A DNA stretch of 64,000 nucleotides from a virus, in the IMG/VR virus record IMGVR_UViG_3300032240_003128. The stretch is one strand, 5' to 3'. The notes under the pieces were generated by a model. It worked only from the letters and a program-made list of their open reading frames with translations, made no database searches and was not told the origin of the DNA. Position numbers and translations under genes: made by a program. Positions 58,012 to 64,000 of the stretch are shown here, one piece after another (within the stretch, counting starts at the first letter, position 1; every line of letters begins with the position of its first letter).

Positions 58012-58320
58012 ATGCCAGTCGAAACTACTAATACTGCTGATACTGCCAATACACCACAAGAAAGATCTTATCAAAGAATTTTTAGTCTTGTCGGTTTCCT
58101 TACAGGAATTGCTAGAAGTGCTGGTTTATTTTTATTTGGTATTTTTCTTGGATTGGGTATTGTTCTCAGAGATCCACCTCCTGATAAAAAGAGCCTTGCA
58201 ATAATTGAGAAATTAAACAGTGAGAATGAATCTTTGAAGCTATCGATTAAGAAGCAGGAAGAGGATGCTAAAGTTCCTGTTTTCAGTACGATCAAAGATG
58301 GCGTTGTTATAGGTCGTTGA
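58012..58320 (+). CDS. membrane protein with coiled coil
   Basis: AAGGTG SD; hydrophobic segment. Confidence 0.6.
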   Translation: MPVETTNTADTANTPQERSYQRIFSLVGFLTGIARSAGLFLFGIFLGLGIVLRDPPPDKKSLAIIEKLNSENESLKLSIKKQEEDAKVPVFSTIKDGVVIGR

Positions 58321-58461
58321 AACCTAATTGGTTCCTTATGTTTTTAAATATTCGCACTATATTAATGTGAATGTGTTATGATCAAGCACATTTATTAACT
58401 GCCTGTAGGTCACTGCTATTAGTTGCAGTTAATTAGGCACATGTGTGCAATGAGGTTTACC

Positions 58462-58713
58462 ATGAGTTTTCTTGGCATAGGTAATTCTAAGCATCAGATC
58501 GGGCAACCATCTTGCGATGAATGTTTAAGCGGATATCCACGAAAATGCCGTTGTGGTGGCATGATTCATGCAGAATTTGGTGTTCAAAATTCTCCATCTA
58601 AGTATTTATGCGACAAATGTGGCGACCGTTTTATTAAAAATACTTATGCTCCCAAGAATCGTAAACCAATGTCTGAAAACAAAAACAAAATTAGGGCTAA
58701 AAATGACCGTTAA
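58462..58713 (+). CDS. zinc-binding hypothetical protein
   Basis: CDEC, CRCGG.IH and CDKC; GAGG SD. Confidence 0.65.
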   Translation: MSFLGIGNSKHQIGQPSCDECLSGYPRKCRCGGMIHAEFGVQNSPSKYLCDKCGDRFIKNTYAPKNRKPMSENKNKIRAKNDR

Positions 58714-59284
58714 ACTTTATACCGGCTATGGCGATAAGGGTTGTACATTTACCAAACGTAACCCAAAAACACCAAAGTATGACAAACTGATTAATTTGAT
58801 TGGCGAGATAGACGATTTGAACAGTCATATTGGTTATTTGGTTTATTTGCTTGAAAAAAAGACGCATCAATTAGAATATGGTGTTTTTCAAAATAGGATT
58901 CAATCTCTTCTTTTTCATATAGGCGCTTTCTTGGGTTACAGTAGCCCAATAAAAAAAGAAGTATTAGAAAAAGCTATTTTTACACTTGAATATCAAATTG
59001 ATGAGCAAGAAAATAAAAACGAACCAATTAAAAATTTCATTTTACCATTTGGCACACAAGCAGCTTCATTTGCCCACATTTGTCGCTCTAAAGCAAGAAC
59101 TGTTGAAAGATTGATTTGCGAATATTTGTCGCATCAAGATGAAGTTTCTGAAACCAATGAATTGATTCAAGTACTATTTAACCGTTTAAGTGATTATTAT
59201 TTTAGTTTAGCTAGAACAATTAATCGTCTTAACGCTAAGAAAGACCTCGTTTGGAAGGCAGATTCAAGTGAATACGATTTCTAA
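58703..59284 (+). CDS. pduO: PduO-type cob(I)alamin adenosyltransferase
   Basis: KLYTGYGDKG, GEIDDLNS.IG, FILP, R..AR.VER and NRLSDY motifs. Confidence 0.88.
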   Translation: MTVKLYTGYGDKGCTFTKRNPKTPKYDKLINLIGEIDDLNSHIGYLVYLLEKKTHQLEYGVFQNRIQSLLFHIGAFLGYSSPIKKEVLEKAIFTLEYQIDEQENKNEPIKNFILPFGTQAASFAHICRSKARTVERLICEYLSHQDEVSETNELIQVLFNRLSDYYFSLARTINRLNAKKDLVWKADSSEYDF

Positions 59285-59321
59285 ATACAAAAGACATGCT
59301 TGGTCCATAAATAGTAAAGAG

Positions 59322-59948
59322 ATGGACCAGAAGCTAACTAAACCAGTCCTTGTATTGAACAAGCATTGGACTGCTGTAGGAACCACACCGCTTTATAAAG
59401 CATTTAATTTGATATTTAATGAAATACCAAACAAACATAAAGCAGAAATTATTGATATAGATTGTGTTCCGTACACTTGGGATCAATGGAGTGAATTGAA
59501 ACCAAACGAAGACGAAGAAACAATCAATACTGTAAGTTTTTCTTTTAAAATTCCACAAGTAATTAGACTTCGCAGTTATGACAAAATGCCACAGCAAAGA
59601 GTTGTATTTTGCCGCAATAATTTATATCGCAGGGATAATTATCAATGCCAATATTGTGGCATAAAGCCCGGCACAGAAGAACTAACAATTGATCATGTTT
59701 TGCCTAAATGTAAAAATGGGATGACAACTTGGGAAAACTGTGTCATTTGTTGTCCAGAATGCAATAAAATCAAAGGTGGAAAACTTCCAGAAGAAGTAAG
59801 ACATAGTAAATTTCCACATGGCATGAAATTGCTTAAAGAACCTAAAAGACCAAAGCATAAAGAAATAAGAATGCATAACTTTTATCCTAGCTGGAATCAA
59901 TGGTTAACAGAGTCCTATTGGAATATTGAGTTAGAAAATGATAACTGA
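59322..59948 (+). CDS. HNH endonuclease (McrA-like)
   Basis: VLVLN, RDNYQCQYCG, TIDHVLP and WENCV.CC..CN..KG motifs. Confidence 0.92.
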   Translation: MDQKLTKPVLVLNKHWTAVGTTPLYKAFNLIFNEIPNKHKAEIIDIDCVPYTWDQWSELKPNEDEETINTVSFSFKIPQVIRLRSYDKMPQQRVVFCRNNLYRRDNYQCQYCGIKPGTEELTIDHVLPKCKNGMTTWENCVICCPECNKIKGGKLPEEVRHSKFPHGMKLLKEPKRPKHKEIRMHNFYPSWNQWLTESYWNIELENDN

Positions 59949-60693
59949 AAAGAAATTTTTTAAACCTGTAGTAAACATATCACCGCCTGTTGAGAAACTT
60001 ATCGACATTGTTGTCCCTTTTCATGAATGTTATGAATCTGTTACCAACCTTGTTAAAAGTTTATTCATGTATTCACCCAAAATCATAAATAAATTAATTT
60101 TGGTTGATAATGGCTCAGGAAACAAAGAATTCGCTTTGATGTATAGCGACCATCCTAAAATAAAAATTGTAAGAAGTGAAGTTAATTTAGGATTTGGCGG
60201 TGGTGTAAATCTAGGAATGAAAAATGCCGAAAAATTAATCGTTGTGGTAATGCACAGTGATTCTTATCTAGCAGATAAAAAATCATTATCCAATTTATAC
60301 AAGGATTTTATTTCTTTGAGAAATAATGCTGTAGGAATGATGACTGCTATCAGCAACAATCCACAAGCAAATGAAAAAGTCCTTCAAAGAAAAGATGTAA
60401 TTGATGAAGAACCAGCAATAATAAAAGAAAATTTTATACCAATGTATGGCTGTATTGTTGATTTGGCTGCTTGGCATGGTTGTCAGGGAGTGCCAGAATT
60501 TCCTTTAGCTTGGTTTGAAGATGAAGCTTTTTGCTACAAATTAATTAAAATGAAATACAACATAGCAGTTTCTTATAGAAGCTTTATTGGACATAAAGGT
60601 TCTATTACAGTTAAAAGTTTAGTTAACAAAAATAGAAAAAATTTAGAAACAATGAAATCAAATATTCAATTGCTTGACAAAATAAGAAAATAA
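59938..60693 (+). CDS. family-2 glycosyltransferase
   Basis: DIVVP, VDNGS, NLGFGGGVNLG, HSD and FED motifs. Confidence 0.82.
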   Translation: MITEKKFFKPVVNISPPVEKLIDIVVPFHECYESVTNLVKSLFMYSPKIINKLILVDNGSGNKEFALMYSDHPKIKIVRSEVNLGFGGGVNLGMKNAEKLIVVVMHSDSYLADKKSLSNLYKDFISLRNNAVGMMTAISNNPQANEKVLQRKDVIDEEPAIIKENFIPMYGCIVDLAAWHGCQGVPEFPLAWFEDEAFCYKLIKMKYNIAVSYRSFIGHKGSITVKSLVNKNRKNLETMKSNIQLLDKIRK

Positions 60694-60720
60694 TACTAAA
60701 TATTAAAGGAGGAGTAAAAT

Positions 60721-60900
60721 ATGAATAATGTATTCACAAATACTTTGGTTTGCTTAAAACCTGATAATACAACTGCTAATATTGGAATCAGGCAATTTCC
60801 ACCAAGTTGCCCAAAAATCAACTATAACAATCAGTGCAGCACTATTTTCAGTGCATGGCTTCCAGCCATTACTGTTTGTCGTCAGAGACTTTACGTTTAA
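60721..60900 (+). CDS. 59 aa Cys-containing protein (absent from ORF track)
   Basis: ACTAAATA plus AAGGAGGAG SD. Confidence 0.65.
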   Translation: MNNVFTNTLVCLKPDNTTANIGIRQFPPSCPKINYNNQCSTIFSAWLPAITVCRQRLYV

Positions 60901-61741
60901 TATTTAATAATTTTCTTTTGGTTCTTGCAGGGATTTCACGAACCTTGCAAGAACCATCTTTATTTAAATTCTTCTGCTTCTGCTTTACAAATGTAGTACT
61001 ATCTTTCTTGTCATAATCGCTTATATTATTATTTCCACCGCTAGTAAATTTTTGCACATTATAGTCAATGTAAAATCTAGCAGCAGATTTTGCATCATGG
61101 CTATCATCATTTATCATTTTGGTATTCATGTCCCAATCTGATGTAAAACTTTGTCTGTGTACAGGAACAAGTTGTGCAATTGGATTTTGATCATCAGGCT
61201 TGAATCGTAATGGCTTAAATTTTTGTGTAAACACAAGATTTATCCAAATGTCATATTGCATCCAATCTGTTTCTAAAATGCCTTCCATGACATAATATGG
61301 TTGCCTTTCAGGGAAATTAATTGGTGACCGTATTTGCATACACCAATTTGGCGATGTTTTGAAAATACATCCAGTGTAAACTTGAACAACACCGGCTTCT
61401 ACTAGTCCATAAGTAAATTTCGATCTTCCAATACCAAGATGATTCCATTTTTCTGACTTTGCCAATTCAGGTGCTCGTAACATTCCATGAACGATTCCAT
61501 AGTCAGAATCATCATAGTCTTCATAATTCTTATATGTGAAATCTTTACCACCATGCCAAGTGATTTCAAAATCTATAGGTGGATATATCCAAAAACCCAT
61601 TTGGTTTGCTATTTTGTATGGCATACACCATTTGATTCCATTATTATCAGCTGTGTTTTTTAAAGTTTTTTCAGCTTTTTCAATTCGGCATGCTTTTGGA
61701 TGAGTTTTATAAATTTTCAAATCTAAAGTTTCTTCACGCAT
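60869..61741 (-). CDS. DUF6065-like protein
   Basis: WCMPYKIANQMGFWIYPP..F...W.GG, RSPIN, GILETDW and PIAQLVP; start re-called. Confidence 0.7.
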   Translation of the reverse strand: MREETLDLKIYKTHPKACRIEKAEKTLKNTADNNGIKWCMPYKIANQMGFWIYPPIDFEITWHGGKDFTYKNYEDYDDSDYGIVHGMLRAPELAKSEKWNHLGIGRSKFTYGLVEAGVVQVYTGCIFKTSPNWCMQIRSPINFPERQPYYVMEGILETDWMQYDIWINLVFTQKFKPLRFKPDDQNPIAQLVPVHRQSFTSDWDMNTKMINDDSHDAKSAARFYIDYNVQKFTSGGNNNISDYDKKDSTTFVKQKQKNLNKDGSCKVREIPARTKRKLLNIKRKVSDDKQ

Positions 61742-61856
61742 TTTATTGCTCTCCATCATAAAAGAGTCATTTAAAACTACCATTGACAAGTCGAAAGTGT
61801 TTTTCGTATTATTCAGCACGATGGTTAGAAACCCATTGTTTTGAAAGGAGTCTCGC

Positions 61857-63107
61857 ATGCAAATGATTGACGTTGGAACCGGATTGTGTCGCATTCCTTT
61901 TTCATCCATCAAGCCTGCCAAGGAATTTGATGAGTTTGAATTTGGTTTTTTCAACCCTCGTATTCTTGATTCTAAAAATCGTGAGTACTATGGTTTTTCT
62001 CAAGAGGAAATCGACAGTCTTAAAGATTCCATCAAGTCAAAAGGATTGATGGAAAATCTTCATGTCAACAACATCAATTCTGAACACATTTTAATCGATG
62101 GTCATCGCAGGCATGAAGCAATCAAGCAGTTGCTTGAAGAAAATGCGCTTTGTTATGACCGGCACACCAATCAACATGTGCCTGCCAAAGATATCTATTC
62201 AGAAGTTATTGTTACCATTCATCAACAATTAAACGCATCTCAATGCTTTAGTCGTGCGTTTGAGAGCGATTGCAATAAGATTTCTTTTGGAGAAAATGCT
62301 ACTATCAGATTTGTTGATTATTGCATTTCCTTCAATATGCCAGAAAATAAAATTATTGAAATGTGCGGCAAAAGTATTTCTTGGCTAAGAGCCACAGCAA
62401 AATTATTGCAAAAAGTTAAAGCAGATTCTGATGTTAAAGAAGCCCTTCTTGACGGCAGAATAAATGCATCTGCCGCAAATTCTCTCATGGATATTGAGAA
62501 TGAAGAAGAAAGGCAAGCAATTTTTGAAACAGCTTTGAAAAAAGCTGAAGAAGATTGTGCTGAAAAAATTAAAAAACAAGATGTTGCTATCTACAACACT
62601 AAAAGAAAATTGAAAAAAGCTGAAAAGCAAAAAGAAGAAGCTGAAGATTATGGTGATATCGAAGATGCAGATGCGTTAATCGAAAAGCATGCATCAACTC
62701 TTGAAGAACGTAAACGTGAACGCAATGACATTGCTCCTCGCATCAATAACAAGAACCTTGAAGAAGCTATTGATGATATCGATGGTGATGTAGATGATTT
62801 AGACATGGGTCATCATACCGATGAACCAACTACAAAGAAAAAGAAAGAACCTAAACTCACGATGAAATCAATTCGTGATACTTGGACAAAGGACATTGAA
62901 ACCTCTATCAGCAGAGGTCACATGACCGATGAACATGAAACTATTATTCCAATTCTCAACAAGTGCTTTGCAGATATGGTTAAGGCAATGTTTGAGGAAA
63001 AGATTTCTTACCAAGATTTCATTTATCGTTGGTCAAATCAATTTATTGAAGCTGGCTTGTCAGCTAATGCAGGAGAAGATGTTGACATCAACGGTGAAAT
63101 TGGTTAG
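61857..63107 (+). CDS. ParB/Srx-domain protein
   Basis: FNPR, LKDSIKSKGL, LIDGHRR and HTH-like CGKSISWL; upstream TTGACA-18-TATTAT and AAGGAG. Confidence 0.8.
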   Translation: MQMIDVGTGLCRIPFSSIKPAKEFDEFEFGFFNPRILDSKNREYYGFSQEEIDSLKDSIKSKGLMENLHVNNINSEHILIDGHRRHEAIKQLLEENALCYDRHTNQHVPAKDIYSEVIVTIHQQLNASQCFSRAFESDCNKISFGENATIRFVDYCISFNMPENKIIEMCGKSISWLRATAKLLQKVKADSDVKEALLDGRINASAANSLMDIENEEERQAIFETALKKAEEDCAEKIKKQDVAIYNTKRKLKKAEKQKEEAEDYGDIEDADALIEKHASTLEERKRERNDIAPRINNKNLEEAIDDIDGDVDDLDMGHHTDEPTTKKKKEPKLTMKSIRDTWTKDIETSISRGHMTDEHETIIPILNKCFADMVKAMFEEKISYQDFIYRWSNQFIEAGLSANAGEDVDINGEIG

Positions 63108-63121
63108 TTTGTGATTAATGG

Positions 63122-63403
63122 GTGATGGATTGGGGAAAAATGTGGTACTACGCAGCAAAAGTCAGACTTCCTGACCCTCCATCTCAACTGATCCATCACC
63201 TGTATCGTGAGCCAGAAAAAAAATTATTTAACTTATGCATGAATAATTTGTGGTCAAAAAAGTGGGAAATTATTGTCTGTGAATTTGAAAAATGTGATCT
63301 TTTATGCGCTAACTGTCACGCTGAAATAGAAGATAAAATTTCTTCCAATAAAAAAAATTATCGCATGCTTTTATATCATGTTAATACCGATTCTGTTTAT
63401 TAA
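63122..63403 (+). pseudogene. degenerate HNH endonuclease
   Basis: C-terminal EKCDLLCANCHAE and HH..REPEKK.F; the expected N-terminal CxxCG appears only out of frame. Confidence 0.45.
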
Positions 63404-63444
63404 TTGTTTTTAAAATGCCAGTTAGCTGTAATATATAATCATAG

Positions 63445-63738
63445 ATGCCAATGTTAAATTGTCCATTCTGCGGTGGTTATCTTCCATATGTTTTGGAAGA
63501 AGGAATTGTTTTTTGCGGTAATTGTGAACGAATGGTAGAAAGTTCTTACACAAATAAAATGCTTAGTGTTTTCAGAGTGCTTAATAGAACAAGAGGAAGA
63601 AAAAACGATCAAATCAAGCTTGAATGCAAGCTTGATGATCATTCTTGGAACATAGTTTTAAATGCTATTGATGAATGTCTTACTTTTCAAGAATTTCAAC
63701 TTCTATTAAAAACTATGTCATCGTCTTCATCAGATTGA
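63445..63738 (+). CDS. zinc-ribbon protein
   Basis: CPFCG...CGNC; TATAAT 5 nt before ATG. Confidence 0.65.
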   Translation: MPMLNCPFCGGYLPYVLEEGIVFCGNCERMVESSYTNKMLSVFRVLNRTRGRKNDQIKLECKLDDHSWNIVLNAIDECLTFQEFQLLLKTMSSSSSD

Positions 63739-63923
63739 TTTTTGTTTTTTTCTGGAATCAATTCTTCTCTTGCAATCACATAGTTTCTATCAGCGTCAAT
63801 TCCAATTTTAACTCTTCCTGTCTTGCCATAACCTTGTATGCCGCAAATTGTTAAGGCAATTTCTTTGCCTTCCGGGGTCTTGATGTAAACTTTTTCATAA
63901 AGCTTGCGAGTAAGAACCAGCAT
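63696..63923 (-). CDS. csrA: carbon storage regulator CsrA
   Basis: MLVLTRK..E...I, VKIGIDA and I.REEL motifs; AAGGAGAGG SD. Confidence 0.88.
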   Translation of the reverse strand: MLVLTRKLYEKVYIKTPEGKEIALTICGIQGYGKTGRVKIGIDADRNYVIAREELIPEKNKNQSDEDDDIVFNRS

Positions 63924-64000
63924 ATGTTACCTCTCCTTGGTGTCAGAAAGACACACTTAAATCTTCCAATTTAATTGAGTGTATCCAACTAATTTAAATA

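Noticed and set aside
58356-58460. Cobalamin riboswitch upstream of pduO
   Set aside because: Only ACTGCC/CACTG fragments resemble it; the GGGAA and B12-box elements are absent and the region is short
63121-63200. tRNA, SRP RNA or hammerhead ribozyme
   Set aside because: No T-loop or CCA, no SRP domain IV consensus, no CUGANGA/GAAA core
1368-63642. Many antisense and alternate-frame ORFs in the supplied track (e.g. 19629-19949, 30781-31221, 34257-34736, 50377-50769)
   Set aside because: Shadows of longer motif-bearing genes, with no SD or recognisable motifs
1-64000. Stop-codon reassignment, as in some huge phages
   Set aside because: Known genes are full-length in the standard code and end in TAA, TAG and TGA alike

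Overview
AT-rich, gene-dense 64 kb segment of a large (jumbo/huge) tailed dsDNA phage with T4-like replication and morphogenesis logic, read in the standard genetic code. Several genes (ThyX, HNH, IF3, CsrA, PrkA/SpoVR) look Planctomycetota-like from recalled family patterns, so the host assignment is tentative. Contents: (1) a replication block (UvsW, gp59-like loader, short family-A polymerase, region-2-only sigma factor, DnaB/gp41, UvsY, gp32-like SSB, RecA/UvsX, Ski2/Hel308-like helicase, DnaE in two genes); (2) nucleotide metabolism (dCMP deaminase, dNMP kinase, ThyX, dUTPase); (3) translation-control genes (bS21, IF3, CsrA) and GroES; (4) a PrkA-YeaH-SpoVR triad; (5) HldE plus glycosyltransferases, PduO, PhoH and an amidoligase; (6) many virion-type proteins with a T4-like capsid-targeting N-terminus. 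Top observations: a ~255 bp nested inverted repeat (4198-4453) whose hairpins carry ssDNA-specific stabilising motifs and which sits between a helicase-loader-like gene and a thumb-less PolA; and an intein-free DnaE whose active site is divided between two separately promoted genes after a partial duplication. No tRNA, rRNA or CRISPR array was found. All product calls are by motif recognition by eye, with no database searches.
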